This document shows positions 1 to 13,480 of a DNA stretch of 64,000 bases, piece after piece. Every line of letters begins with the position of its first letter. Position 1 is the first letter of the stretch. Made by a program: the position numbers and the translations under genes. The notes below the pieces were generated by a model that had not been told where the DNA came from, made no database searches, and worked only from the letters and a program-made list of their open reading frames with translations. The DNA lies in assembly GCF_963921235.1 (NCBI RefSeq), contig NC_086118.1:26228001-26292000 (forward strand), written 5' to 3'. This DNA comes from Mobula hypostoma. Taxonomy: Eukaryota.

Positions 1-3000
1 TAAATCTCCTATGCTCCAGGGAATGAAGTCCTAACCTTTCAACCTTTTCCTCTGACTCAGGTCCACAAATCCTGCCAACATCCTTGTATATTTTCTTTGC
101 ACTCTTTCAATCTGATTGATATTTTTCTAGAAATGCACATAATACTCCAAATTAGGCCTCACCAACATCTTATCCAACTTCAACATAACATCCCATCTCC
201 TGTACACAATACTTTGATTTGTGAAAGCCAATATGCCAAAAGCTTGCTTTATGACTCTATCTATTTTTGATGCCACTCCTCAGTACCCTACGCTCACCAT
301 GTAAGTCCTACCTTGGTTTGTCCTCGCAAAGTGTAACATCTTACACTTGCCTGCATGAGGTGGAGAAGATGGCAGCGTGACGCAGCGCGTGCGGCCTCTC
401 CAGTGAATGATATCTGTAATCTGTCAAGTAAAGTACCGTGCACAATCCTAATTTGATGGAGACAGACGTGAGAGTACGGAGGAACATCTGGAGAAATTTC
501 TGAAATGCCCGCTTCGCTGCCGCTGCTACTGTGTGGTAACCCGAATCTCTGGAGCAGAAGGCCCTGAATCCTCGGCTTTGCTTGTTTCGGCAGCTGGGGC
601 GAGGTCGAAGGCGCTCGGCAGAGGATGGCACTCAGGAGGCTGTATCGGAGGGGCTGGTCGGAAGCTCGAAGTTTTCGGACGGACGGACTCAGTGTCGGCT
701 GTGGTCAGCTGCTTCCAATGCATTGGCAGTTGTCGGTGCCTGGAGGTTTATGGCAGGGAGTTTCTCCCTTTTGCCGCCTGCTATCGGGGACCCGGGAGTC
801 GATCGGGACTTGAGACTTTTTTTCACTGTGCCCATGGTCTGTTCTTTATCAAATTATGGTATTGCTTTGCACTGCTGTAACTATATGTTATAATTATGTG
901 GTTCTGTCAGTGTCAGTCTTTGGTTTGTCCTGTTTTTCTGTGACATCATTCTGGAGGAACATTGTATCATTTTTTAATGCATGTATGTATTTCTAAATGA
1001 CAATAAAAGAGGACTGAGTGTTCTCATAATCTAATTAAATTCCATCTGCCATTTTTCAGCCCATTTTTCCATCTGGTCCAGATACTACTCTACGCTTTGA
1101 TAGCCTTCCTTGCTGTCTACCACAACACAATCTTGGCATCATCCACAAATTTGCTGATCCAGTTCATTACATTATCATCCAGATCACTGAGATAGATGAC
1201 AAACAATACCAGACCCAGCACCAATCCCTGCAGAGTACCACTAGTCACAAGCCTCCAGTCAGAGAGGCAATAATCTACTACCACTCTCTGGCTTCTTTAG
1301 AATCTCAACCCTTGGACCAGACCTGTCCTTCGCCATTATTATCTTGAAACTAATGATCACTAGATGCATTGTGTTACCCCAAGAAAACTTCTGTCAACTG
1401 CCTTGTCTCATTTCCTAATAGGAGGTCTAGTTATTGTACTCCTTCTAGTTGAGACTTCCACGTATCGATTAAGGAAACTTTCTTGAACCTATTTGACAAA
1501 CTCTATCTCATCCAGCCCTTGTACAGTATGGGAGTCAAAATCAATGTGTAGTAAGTTAAATTTACAATCACAGCCTTATGTTTATTGCAATAGTCTGCAA
1601 TCCTTCTGCAAATTTGCTCCTCTAAATCCTGCTGACTATTGGGTGGTCTATAATTCCATTAATGTGGTCACCCCTTTCTTATTCCTCAGTTCTACTAATG
1701 TAGCCTCAGTAGACAAGCTCTTTTAGTCAGTCCTGTCTGAGCACTGCCATGACATTTTCCCTTGACCAGTAATGCCACACCTTCTCATTTAATCTCTCCT
1801 GCTCTATCATGTCTGAAACATTAGAACCTTGGAACAATCAGCTGCTGGTCTTGCCCCTCCTGCAACCAAATCTTACTAGTGGCTACAATGTATTAATTCA
1901 AAGAGCTGATCCGTGCCCTTTCCCACAATAATCCTTGCACTGAAATATACACTAAAACACTAGTTCCTCAAAACACTAGTCCCACCTGCTCAACTTTTCG
2001 ATTCCTGACTTTGTATGTGGGCTAAACAACACCTTTCCCCATAATCACACCACTACCTGCTCTGGTGCTCTGGTTCCCATCCCCCTGCAACTGTAGCTGA
2101 AACCTCCCGTCCCCCAGAGTTTACAGTAACAAACCTTCCCGTAAGGGTATTAGTCTCTTCCAGTTCAGGTTCAAATTGACCTGCCTGTAAGGTCCCACCT
2201 TCCCTGGAAGAGAGTCCAATAATACTTAACTCTGAAGCCCTCCCTTCTGCACCATCTCCTTATCCACATGTTAAACTGTATTGTCTTCCTATTTCTGGCC
2301 TCACTTGCATGTAACATGGGTAGCATTCCTGAGATCACAACCCTGGCGGTTGTGTTCTTTATCTCAGCACCTAATTCTCTGAACTCACTTTGCAGGACCT
2401 CATCGCCCTTCGTGCCCACGTCAATGGTGCTGTCGTGGACCACGGCATCCAGCTGCTCCTCTTCCTACTTAGTAATGCTGTGGTGACGGACCAAGATCTC
2501 CCTGACCCTGGCACCAGGGAAGCAACACATCATCCGGGAATCTCATTCTTGTCCACGGAGCCTCCTGTTTGCTCCCCTGATCATTGAATCACTACAGCTC
2601 ACCTCTTCCCTCCTCATCCCCTCTGAGACACAGAGCCAGATTCCGTGCCAGAGACCTGGCTGATGTGGCTTTCCTCTGCTAAATCAACCTCTCCAACAAT
2701 ATGCAAAGCGGTATACCTGCTATTGAGGGGAATGGACATAGGGGTATTTTGCATTGCTGCCTATCCCCTTTACACCCCCTAATAATCACACCTTTGTCCT
2801 GAACCTTGGGTGTAACGACCTCAGTGTGTGTCCTGTCAATCAAGCCCTCATCCTCCCGAATGCTTTGCAATTCATCCAGGTCTATCTCCAATTCTTTAAC
2901 ATGGTCTGTAAGAATGTGCAGCTGGATGCATTTCTTGCAGGTTTAATCATCAGGGACGATTCTGCATTCCCACATCCTGCAAGAGCAGCATTCAAACTGG
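1..3000 (-). mobile_element. Degenerate CR1 LINE with ORF1 (Zn-finger/coiled coil/SGNH esterase) and internally deleted ORF2
   Basis: 2171-2443 encodes VHDSTIDVG...RVVISGMLP...FNMWIRRWCRREGFR (CR1 ORF1 esterase). 2679-2990 gives CRMW..CKKCIQL..ELEIDLDELQSIR. 1-356 and 1035-1300 are RT/3' sequence split by an insertion. Confidence 0.85.
357..1034 (+). mobile_element. Non-coding LINE-dependent (bipartite) retroelement, copy 1
   Basis: Splits the CR1 sequence gcctgcat^taaattccatctgcc. Starts gagaagatggc, ends caataaaagaggactgagtgttctcataatcta. A second copy is at 48901-49525. Confidence 0.8.
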
Positions 3001-5322
3001 CACCTCTACTGCTCTAACCATGCAATAAGGAAGAACGGCAAAACAAAAAACAAAAAAAATTAGATACAGCCTCTGCCTTTCCTCACTGAAGCCACCATGA
3101 GACAAAGCCTCAACTCCCAACTCTAACACTGACCCACTCCCAAAATGACCACTCCACTTAAACCTAACTTCTTTCTATAGTACCTTGCCAAGTGCCTAAT
3201 TACACACACTCCTATGTCTCCTAGTGATGTGTAGCACGCAGAATGTTCTGACTGTCCTCGCTCAGCTTCTTTCGAAATCTCTCTCTTGCTAACGTCATTG
3301 ATATACTTTGTTTTCACAATATTGTTGGACGCTAGCATCAGGTCATTACTAAATGTTCAAAAACGTTCTTCCTCACATTCCCCAAAACATTAATTCTGCG
3401 TCTCCAACCTGTGTGAGCAATTAAGCAGAGTAATTTCTTTTTGTTTTCCTTTTTTGTCAACCTTCATGCAAAAAATGGTAAATGTTTGGAACTTTCTAAT
3501 CCGGAAAGACTCTGGAGTCTTAATTACTGAGTTCAATGAAAACCCAGATCAATAGATTTTTGGTGATTGGAAGTATGACTGGGTCACGAAAATGGCTCCG
3601 AGGTAGAAGATCAGCCATGACCTTGGATGGCAGAATTGGCTCAAAGGACTCATTAGCCCACTCATTCCCTATTTCTCATGTTCTTTATCCAAATCAATCA
3701 TGATACTTACACCTCCATGTAATCTCATCTCGACTTCCTTTGCTTCAAAATGAATGACTGCAATTTATCCAACCTAATCTTCTGTTGAAAATTCCTCATT
3801 CCTAAAACTACTCTGGTGATTTTTTGCACAAGAGTTGCTTGGATTTATCCTGCCTTTCATGACGTCACGATTTTATATAAAAATTACTCTGGATTTCACT
3901 TTGGTGGTCAACTAATATTTACATTTAAAAATATCTCAGCCTTCCTCGGCAGGCAATGTATGGATTTGTTAATTCTGCTCAGACTTCAAGCTGAATTAAT
4001 ATTAAAAAATTGGTATATAGAATTATGTTTGTATATTTGCAGAGTGACACATTTACCTAGTTAACCAGCATGTATGATATAGCTGTATTTTCTTAGTCTC
4101 TTGGCATTCTGCATTAGTTCAGTTAACGATGAATTAAATTTTATATGAAAGGTATAGAGATGAGCCAACAGAGAAATGAGAAGGAGGGCAACATAACTGG
4201 ATGAAAGACAAAGAGTAAGAAAGTTGGGTAAACTTTAATGTTCACCATATTATTGGCTGCAACCATAATTCAGGATGGCCAAAGGCTACGAAAGGTATAA
4301 CTGAAATTCAAATCTTACTTTCTATGTGTATCTAATAACATGATACTCTTTAACAAAATACTTATTTCAAGATTAACTGTTTTAAAACATGCAGTTGAAT
4401 TTGTCTAATTATTAAACACCTAAGGTAGGTCAATATTGTATAACAGCTCTGCTGTAAGGTCACAGTAAGGCACTGTGTTACGCATTAATTGCAACAGTTC
4501 AAGTACCATTCTTCAGGCAGGGGAGAACTGACTGATATCCCTAGTCCAAGTGAGCTGTATTATTGCACCATATAGCATAAAATAGAACCTAGTGCACCAT
4601 AACACCAACTGTGATTAGAATCTTTAATAACTCAGAGCATGAACAAGACTCCCCGAAGACCAAGACAGACAGGATTTCAATTTCATTTTGATTTCTCTTT
4701 TAGAAAAAATGCTCATGTTGGTTGGCAAATAAAGTTTCTCAGGAGAGTAGGAGAAAATAAGTGTTACAAAGGAGAATCACAAATCCACGATTGGGTTATT
4801 TAGATTTTTGAGCTTGTTTGACAATGCAATTAGAACCTGCCCTAACTGATCTACACCAACTGCATATCCTTTATGTCCCTGGCTGACAAATGATTATCAA
4901 CCCCAGTTAAGGTTCTCCATTTTCCCAAGCTTCAACAGCTTTTTAGTGGAATGTATTTCAAATTTCCACCACAAATTTTATTATCCCTGAAATCACCTTA
5001 ATAAGTTAGCTATAATCTTAAGAGTATGCTTCCTAATCTGAACTTTAGCCAGAGGAAATTATTTTTCTGTCTACTTTCCTATACAGAATGTCCTGTTCTT
5101 TATGACCTGTAAAACAAGCTATACTATACAATTAGTAGTTCAGGCCAGAATCAACTAGTCCAGAACAGTATATAATGCTCGAGAGTAAATGAGATCCTGT
5201 TCCCACCAGATCAATGGAAATTAGTTCCTTAAAAATCTCACGTTTAGTCCTCAGCAATGGAAACATGAATAATCTCCGAGTATCCAATACACGGTGTCTG
5301 TATACTTAGACAAAAAGATAGA

Positions 5323-5822
5323 CACTCAATAACCACTTTATTAGGTAGAAGATTTTATACACCGTGTGGTATTCTGCTGGCTGTAGCTCATCCACTTCAA
5401 GGTTTGACATATTGTGCATTCCGAGATGTTCTTCTGCACTCCATTGTGTTTTTATTTGAGTTTTTATTGCCTTCCTGTCAGATTGAACCAGTCTGGCTAT
5501 TCTGCTCTCATTTCTCTCATTAACAAGGCATTTTCACCCACATTACCGCCATGCCTGGATGTGTATTTTTTGTTCTTTTTGCACCATTCTCTGTACACTC
5601 TAGAGAAAATCTGCCTGAAAATCCCAGGAAATCAGCAGTTTCAAACCACCCTATCAAAGTCACTTAGATCACATTTTTGCCCCATTCTGATATTTGGTTT
5701 AAACAATAAATGAGCAGCTTGACCACGTCTACATGGTTTTATGAGTTGCTGCCACATGATTGCCTGACACTTGCATTAACAAGCAAGAGTACAGGTGTAC
5801 CTAATAAAACGGCCACTGAGTG
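5323..5822. mobile_element. Tc1/mariner-derived non-autonomous element
   Basis: TIRs cactcaataaccactttattaggta / tacctaataaaacggccactgagtg. The interior is homologous to 30248-30763 and 57898-58290. Confidence 0.8.
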
Positions 5823-7382
5823 TTATATGAATTTCTCATTCTAAACAGGTTATAATGAACAGTAAATATTTAAAAGTGCATATAGATAGCTTAGTTTCAG
5901 ATTACTGGAGAAACAAAGTTACTGAACTAGACATTATGGGTTTCCAAAAAGAAAACTGCAGCACCCTGAGTTACTGACCATTTGCTGTGGTGTTTATTCA
6001 CCTCTCTCATGCAGAGATGGACATTCCTGTCTTATACAAATGTTAGTGAACTATATTACACAAGTATAAATGATGGTATGTTGGAATCTAAAAAGCAAGA
6101 ACAGAAATTTCTAAAGCAACACACAATGGCAAAAAACTATTGGATTTTCCACTTTATTGTCCTTCTATTCAGGCTACAGAGACCTTCTGCACATGTACTG
6201 ACAAAAGACAGACTGCCTTTTGAAAATTTCTAACAAAAGACTTGAAAATTGCATCAATCATATGCCTGCCAATGCTGCAAGTTAGAAAGGCTCATGATGA
6301 GTTGAAATTAAATGGAAGATATTACTCCAGGCTCTAAATTCTTGACTTTTGATCCGCTATGTAATTTGTAAATTTACCTTGTCTCTACATTTGCAATGAG
6401 TTACAAACCAAGAGCTGAACCAAAGATTTGAACTACTGCATGATAAATTCAAATAAAGAACCCAGTTGCTGTCAGAACTGATAAAGCCTGAGTGCTTTGC
6501 AGTAATTACTTATAGTCATCTTGTACAGCTACGGCCTATATGTGGCCTTATGAAAATATGCTGCAATTTTCTCTATCCTGCAGAGAACACGATTAGATCC
6601 AAGAAGTTTCATGACTGTAACAGGAGGCAGAAGCAAAAATATGGAGGAAGGCGACAACATTTGGAAACCAATAATTAAGTCATAAAGTTAACAGAGGGGT
6701 GGAAGAAAGTGTGGGGGAAAATAGACATGACATTAAGTATCTCAAAAGAGATGGGTGCTTAAAAGAGGGAAATTGGATTTATAGTGGAAAAGAGGGAGAT
6801 AAAACAGAAATCAAGCACCTTTCTAAATAAGGCAAGATAAAGATGAAAGCTAGATTACAGAAAATAATTAAATTGTCATTGATATTTTCAATGAGGAAAC
6901 TCAACAACTCCAAAATTAGAACGATTTTAAGCTTGCCTTATATTATCATACAAAATAAATAGATGTCCATTTTCAGACCTTGGTGTAGAAATTCTGTTTT
7001 TCTTCACACCAGTATGTCAATGCTGACCCCCAAGATATTGATGCTGAGGGTGTCAGTGATGGCAATGCCACTGAATGTCAAGAGTTGTTGTTTGGACTCT
7101 TTTTAAAAATCATCTTGTCTGGTACTTTAATGGCATAACCCTTACGGTCATGTTTTGGAGACAGGATGACGGACCTCCAAGAACCACTTTGTGTGAAGTC
7201 TGATCACAATCATTGGAGTGTTTAATCCCTAATATTTATTGATCTTAATTTTACCAAAGTTCCCTGATGCAGCACTGGATCAAATGCTGCCTTGATGTCG
7301 GGGGCAATTAGTCTCACCTCATCTCTTAAAATAATACAGAAGGAAGCTTCAGATGTCTTGTTAAACTGGCTTCTATGTGATT

Positions 7383-7646
7383 AAACACAAGAAATTCTGC
7401 AGATGCTGGAAACCCAAAACAACAGACAAAATGAGGGAGAAACTCCAGCCCTTTACCTTTTCCACCAAACCTGATTTCAGCCATCGCCCTCCAACTATCC
7501 TTCCCCTCCCCCCACCTTTTTATTCTGTCACCTTCCCTCTTCCTTTCCAGTCCTGTAGAAGGGTATTGGCCTGAAACGTTGACTGTTCATTCGTTTTCAT
7601 AGATGCTGCCAGACCTGCTAAGTTCCAGTAGAATTTTGTGTGTGTT
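7383..7646. mobile_element. Penelope-like pLTR remnant with inverted 5' piece
   Basis: ctgcagatgctgga start, cagtcctgtagaagggtattggcctgaaacgttgactg core, gatgctgcc...ttttgtgtg end. Confidence 0.7.
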
Positions 7647-7694
7647 TCTATGCAATTAGCCTGCAATATAGGTGTGACATATACATTGAGGACG

Positions 7695-8620
7695 TAAGAT
7701 AAAAGAGCACTAAGCTACTTGGCCCCTCAAGCCTGCTCTGACATTCAATCAGATCATGATTGAGCAAACATTCTACTACTCTATCTCCCTCCATACTACC
7801 TGACTCCCCAGTACTTTCAAATGTCTAACTATATCCATCTTCAATATGTTAACTGGTTTGGCCCCTCCAGTTCTCTAGGTTTGAGAATTTCAAAACTTCA
7901 TGATCCTCAGAAAGGGAATTTCTCTTTGCCTCGATTTGAAATGACTGACTTCTTATTCTAAGTCCCTTCAATAAAGGCCGAAGTTTGTGATTTCAGTGTT
8001 ACTACTTGTTACTTGCTGCAGCTCAATGGTACATTTTTTTTTGTTTTTCATGCAATGGGATGTGTGTACCATAACAGTTCGTAGTCTCATTCTGTTTGTA
8101 TCCATTTTTCATTCTTCCTTCCAAAGTGAATAATCAAAAAAAATTCCACATGATACTCAAACTGCTAACTTCTGGCTCACTCTTTTAACTATGTCCTTTT
8201 GCAGGGACTTTGTGTCCTCTTAACATCTTGACAGCTCTTTGTAGCATCACTGATTTGGCTACAGGCCATTCAGTTCCCTCATTTAAATCCTTTACATGGA
8301 TTATAGATAATTGAGGCCCCAGCACTGACGTCTGTGAAACTCTTCTCTTCTGGATTAATCATTTATGTGGTACTTTCTGGAACTGCAAATACTCCATCTA
8401 CTGATTCCCCTTCATCCACCCTCTTTATTCCACTCAAAGAACAGTAGAAAATATGTCAAAATCAATTTCAATTTCATAAAACCATGTTGGCTTGTTTTGA
8501 TTTTATTCACTGATAATTTTTTATATATATCCTCATATTACCTTCTTAATAATGGATTCTAACATTTTTCCAAGGACAGATGCCAGGTTAAGTGGCTTTC
8601 TGTCTTCCATTTTTCTTATA
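7695..8620 (-). mobile_element. Old CR1 LINE 3'/RT remnant
   Basis: CR1-like tail (ggcccctcaagcctgctctgacattcaatcagatcatg) and degenerate RT motifs (gaggccccagcactga, aaaccatgttggc). Confidence 0.6.
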
Positions 8621-8647
8621 AGTCATATCTAGATTTTTACTCTGTCC

Positions 8648-8903
8648 TATGTGGCGTACTGGCATCAGTGCCGGACTTCGGGACAAAAGGTCCCGAGTTC
8701 GAATCCAGTCGGCTCCCCTGCATGCTTTCCATCCATGCTGGGTCACGAGCTGGTGCTCTCCTTGGAAACTCACCCGGCAGAAGGTAATGGCAAACCACTG
8801 CTGTAACTTGCCTCGTACGTGGTTCCCCACTATGTCAGAGAGGCGTGGAGGGAAATCGTCCGCTAACCGGAGAAACTCCAGATGCGACGTACCTTTCCTT
8901 TCC
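8648..8903 (+). mobile_element. tRNA-derived SINE, tail type A (RTE-like)
   Basis: A box tggcgtactgg, B box gagttcgaatcc, tail with gaaggtaatggcaaaccact, ends cctttcctttcc. Confidence 0.75.
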
Positions 8904-9160
8904 TATAGTATATTTACTGTTAGGGGATCTAGCTTCTGCTCCCAACAGCGAAATTTTAAAACTTATTGTTTCTTAATTCCACCAAACCAATTCAACATCT
9001 TGATCTTCTGAACCAATGTAATTTCTTAGCATTGCTGTGATCTCCTCCTTGTCCTCTGTGACCCCTTTTCCTTTATGTGTATCCTTCCAAAATGTTAAAT
9101 GCTCTTAGATCACACCAAAATAACTCATCAACTCACAAACCAAATATTTGTGCTATCAAC

Positions 9161-9342
9161 ATACATCAAAGTTGCTGGTGAACGCAGCAGGCCCAGCAGC
9201 ATCTGTAGGAAGAGGTGCAGTCGACGTTTCAGGCCGAGACCCTTCGTCAGGACCTCTTCCTACAGATGCTGCTTGGCCTGCTGCGTTCACCAGCAACTTT
9301 GATGTATGTTGCTTGAACTTCCAGCATCTGCAGAATTCCTGT
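9161..9342. mobile_element. Penelope-derived fold-back element with hammerhead motif in the loop
   Basis: About 60-bp inverted arms (9157-9216 / 9252-9311). 16-bp duplication tatttgtgctatcaac at 9145-9160 and 9343-9358. Confidence 0.88.
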
Positions 9343-9608
9343 TATTTGTGCTATCAACTCACTTACCTTGTTGGAAATACTGCATGTATTCAGATAAAGA
9401 GCTTTGAATTCCCCCAGCACTTCAAGTCTATTTTCCATTTTAGCTTGTGCCTGCTACAATACACTGTGGTTACTTTTACACCAGTCACTATTCCCTTTTC
9501 CATTTTTACTGGCTTCCTAATTATCCCCTCTTCTGAAACCCTTCTTCTATTTCCAACTTAGCTGTTCTCCCTTCAGATTATTACATCCCTGTCAAGCTAG
9601 TTTAAATA

Positions 9609-9904
9609 TGGGTGGTGCAGTCGCATAGGGTTAACACAATGCTCTGCAATACCGGCAACACGCGTTCAATTCCAGCCAATGGCTGTAAGGAGTTGTACGT
9701 TCTCCCCGTGACCGTGTGGATTTCGTCTTGGTACACCAACTTCCTCCCACAGTCCAAAGACGTACCGGGTGGTAGGTTGACTGGTCATTATGAATTGTCC
9801 CGTGATGTGGCTAAGGTTAAATCAGCGGTTGCTAGGCACTGTGGCTCGAAAGGTCAGAAGGGCCAATTCCATGCCGTATCTCAATAAGTAAAAATAAAAT
9901 AAAA
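9609..9904 (+). mobile_element. HE1/V-SINE-type element
   Basis: tRNA-like head, V-domain ttctccccgtgaccgtgtggatttc...ttcctcccacagtccaaagac, CR1-like tail ending (taaaa)n. Confidence 0.8.
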
Positions 9905-10469
9905 TTTCCCCAATAACACCAGCAATTCTCCCCCCGCCACCAAAAGGAACTAAGTTAGCCCACAAAGAACCTGGTTATATTTAGCAGATAGAAATGAGAT
10001 TAGATTTCTTCATGTAGTGGCTAACAACAATGCACTACACAGAAGACTGGCAAGGCACACGAGCTCTCTTTACAGGGCTGATGAAATGAAGTGTGATTTT
10101 CCTGTTTGTAAATCCAGCTAGTGTTGACAGGGTGCTCACCCTTGTTCAGAAACACCGGCGAGATAAATTACCTGGTATCTTTGCCCAAATCCATAACAGT
10201 CAAAAGATAGTAAAGAAAAGAAGTTTTTAAAAATATATTTGGACCAATGATTTCAACTAATGCATGTTGTCAGCTTACACTCCTTTCACTCTCATATTTC
10301 TGCACCAGCTTTCCAACCCTGTTTCCTAATACTTGAAAATCAGTGGCTTCTCTCAATGGCAACAAAACAGAGAATCGATTTCATGCACTGAAATTGTACC
10401 TTCACAGTTTCAGAAACATTTCTAATGGATTTTTAACATTTGCCAAGAGAAGCAATTGGCGGGTAAGAT

Positions 10470-12815
10470 TAGTGGAAATTTAAAGGCACGTACATGAAAA
10501 ACAACAAGATGATTAAAGTTAGAATAGGACTGACTAGGTATTGTAGCCCCCTGGTAAGCCTCAGGCTCGCTCAACTCGCTTTCGTCTCGGGGGAGCAGCC
10601 TTTGGCCTCGCCAAACTGGGTAATCAAGTTTGTGTGGATGCAATGTGATGTATTCCGCCCCGCCAAATAACAGACAATACACCATATGGGATTAAAAGAT
10701 TACACTTACTTACTGGAACTATGTAATTGACAGAGATAAAATATAAAAGGAAAATAAAAGACGCCAAACTTATCAAAGTTCAACCACTTCATGCACAACA
10801 GTTGAAGCTCAAGTAACGGAGTCTTCTTTCCACCATTCGATCCCCTCTGACCCCCTCGACCCACCACCTGGGACCAACCACAGTGGTCGACCAGATGCTC
10901 CACACAAGCCTGTCTTCGTCTCCTCTCCTCGCCAAAGACCCTGGGCCTTGGACCCCCACTTACAGCATCGCATCTCCTCACTCTGTCCCCGTCCGCCTTC
11001 TGCGCCAAAACCCCGCGAAACAATAGCTTATAGACACACAAGAAAGAATAACATCTATCCCAATTGGCTAGTTCCCTCTCTTATCAATAACATAACCCAA
11101 ACAAGCAGAGAGAGAGAGAACTCCTTACATCGCAGTTATTATTACAGAAGGGCCATTTTGATTATAACATAACAAAAAGCCATTTTGTTAGCCTTCGCAG
11201 TAACATAAAAGAAGAAACCCCTTACAGTATAAAAGAGGAAGCATATGCCTAAAGTTGGAGGAGGTAGAGGAGGTCCTTAATGAATACTTTGCTTCAGAAT
11301 TCACCAGTGAGATGAACCTTGACGAGTGTGGGGTCAGCAAACCCTAGGCTAATGCCGAACTTCAGAAAGGGGGAGTGTATGAACTTTTCAAAAACATTAG
11401 GAGAGGTAAGTCCCTGGTTCCAGACTGGATCTACCCAAGGTTACCTGAAAGTGCGGGAAGAGGTTGATGCGCTGCTGGTGATGATCTTTATTTCCTCACT
11501 TTCTATAGGAGTAAAACCAAAAGATTGGAAGATGACCAATGTTATTCCTTTGCTCTAGAAAGGTAATTGTAATAATCGTGGCAATTAAGGACCAAGAAGT
11601 CTTATATCAGCGGTGGCAAACTATAGGAGAGAACTCTTAGATACAGGATTTACGAGCACTTGAAGAAACACATTCTGATAAGTGATACCATGGTTTCGTG
11701 AGGGGAAGGTCACGTCTCAGAAGCTTGTTTCGCTTTTTCAAGTAAGTGACAAAACAAACTGAAGAAGGTAGAAAGGTGGATGTGGTGTATATAGATTTTG
11801 TTAAGGCATTCAACAAGGTTCCCCACGGTAGGCTCATCCAGAAAATCAGAAAGCATGGCATCCAGGGAAATTTGGCGGTGTGGATTCAGAATTAGCTTGC
11901 CCATAGAGGCAGAGGGTGGTGGTAGATGGAGTGTATTCTGCCTGGAGCTCCGTGAAAAGTGGTGACTCACAGGGACCCTTGCTCTTTGTGATTTTTATAA
12001 ATGAATTTGATGAGTAAGTGATCAGTATGTTTGCAGATGACATGAAGGATGTGGGTAGTGCAGAATGCTGTTGTAGGTTACGATGGAACATTGACAGGAT
12101 GCAGAGCTGGGCTGAGAAGAGGCAGATGAAGATCAATTCAGAAAAGTGTGAAGTGATACATTTTGGAAGGTCAAACTTGAAAGCATAGTCCAAGGTTAAT
12201 GGCGGGGCTTCTAGCTGTGTGACAGAACAGAGGGATCTTGGGTCCAAGTCCACAGATATCCCAAAGTTGCTGCACAAGTTGATAGGGTGGTTAAAAAAAT
12301 GTATGGTATTTTAGCCTTTGTTAGTCATGGGATTAAGCTCAGGAGCTGCAAGGCAATGTTGCAGCTTTATAAAACTCTGGTTAGACCACACTTGGAATAT
12401 TGTGTCCAGTTCTGGCCACCTCATTGTAGGAAGATTGTGGAAGCTTTAGAGAGAGTGCAGAGGAGATTTGCCAGGATGCTGTATGAATTGGGAAACATGT
12501 CTTATGAGGAAAGTTTGAACATGTTTGGGTTTTTCTCTTTGGAGCAAAGGAGGATGAGAGAAGACTTGATAGAAGCTTTTAAGATGACAAAAGCACAGAT
12601 AGAGTAGAGAGCCAGTGCCTTTCTCCCAGTGTGGCAATGGCTAATACAAGAGGATAGATTTTTAATGTGATCGGTGGAAAGCATAAGAGAGATGTCAGAG
12701 GTAGGTTTTTTTCATACAGAGAGTGGTGGATGTGCGAAATGTACAGCCAGGGGTGGTGATAGAGGCAGATACATTAGGGACATTTAAGAAACTCTTAGAT
12801 AGGCACATGGATGAA
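10470..12815 (+). mobile_element. Degenerate CR1 ORF2 (RT and 3' region), interrupted by the solo LTR
   Basis: Fragments EEVDALLVMIF..S...PKDWKMTNVIPL, DVVYIDFVKAFNKVPHGRL, MLQLYKTLVRPHLEYCVQFWPPH. Confidence 0.88.
10542..11226. mobile_element. Solo LTR (685 bp) inserted in a CR1
   Basis: TGTA...TACA termini; 4-bp TSD gtat at 10538-10541 and 11227-11230. Confidence 0.85.
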
Positions 12816-13337
12816 TGGCTAATAAGACAAAAAGACAATGGAAATGGAAGAGAGCTTGACTGAAATGGGCTGAAAATGAGCGAAAATTTGGCTTTGTTTT
12901 ACCTTTGACAATTTCTCACCCTTGCAACATTGTGCTAACGGTGTTATAACATGCAGGTGTAATTTATGCTACGTGCATTTTACATTCCTGTTGATTTAAT
13001 GAGCTTGCTACTGAAACAATGTCACATTTATAGAAATGGGATGAAGCACATCACAGAGTTCTTCCTACTTCTCCCATGATAGAAACATAACTCCCTTTTC
13101 TTCTAGTCTTTTCTAGCAGAGCTAACCTTTCATGACCATTTTTAATTTCTTCTGTGAGACTGTCAGTATCCTGTTTTTCGAAACCCAAGTGGTTTCCAGG
13201 GTTATTGTAGAGAACAGTTAAAAGTCAGCCACATTAGTGGTTCAGGGGTCACATAGAGGCCAGTCCAAGTCAAAATGACTGATCTTCTTTTTTCAATAAC
13301 ATCAGTGATGAATTTCAACAACAAACTGTTAATTTCA

Positions 13338-13480
13338 TAAACACAAGAGATTCTGCAGATGCTGGAAAACCATAGAAACAGACAAAATGCTGGAGGAGTT
13401 CAGGTCAGACAGTATCTATGGAAATCAATAAACAGTTGATATTTCGGGCGGAGACCCTTCATCAGGACTGAGTCCTGATG
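13338..13480 (-). mobile_element. Penelope-like pLTR remnant with hammerhead motif
   Basis: Reverse strand reads cagtcCTGATGAagggtctccgcccGAAAtatcaactg; followed by the stub of an inverted copy (agtcctgatg). Confidence 0.75.

Noticed and set aside
8648..8720. Possible tRNA gene
   Set aside because: A/B boxes run into a SINE body shared with other copies, and there is no Pol III terminator.
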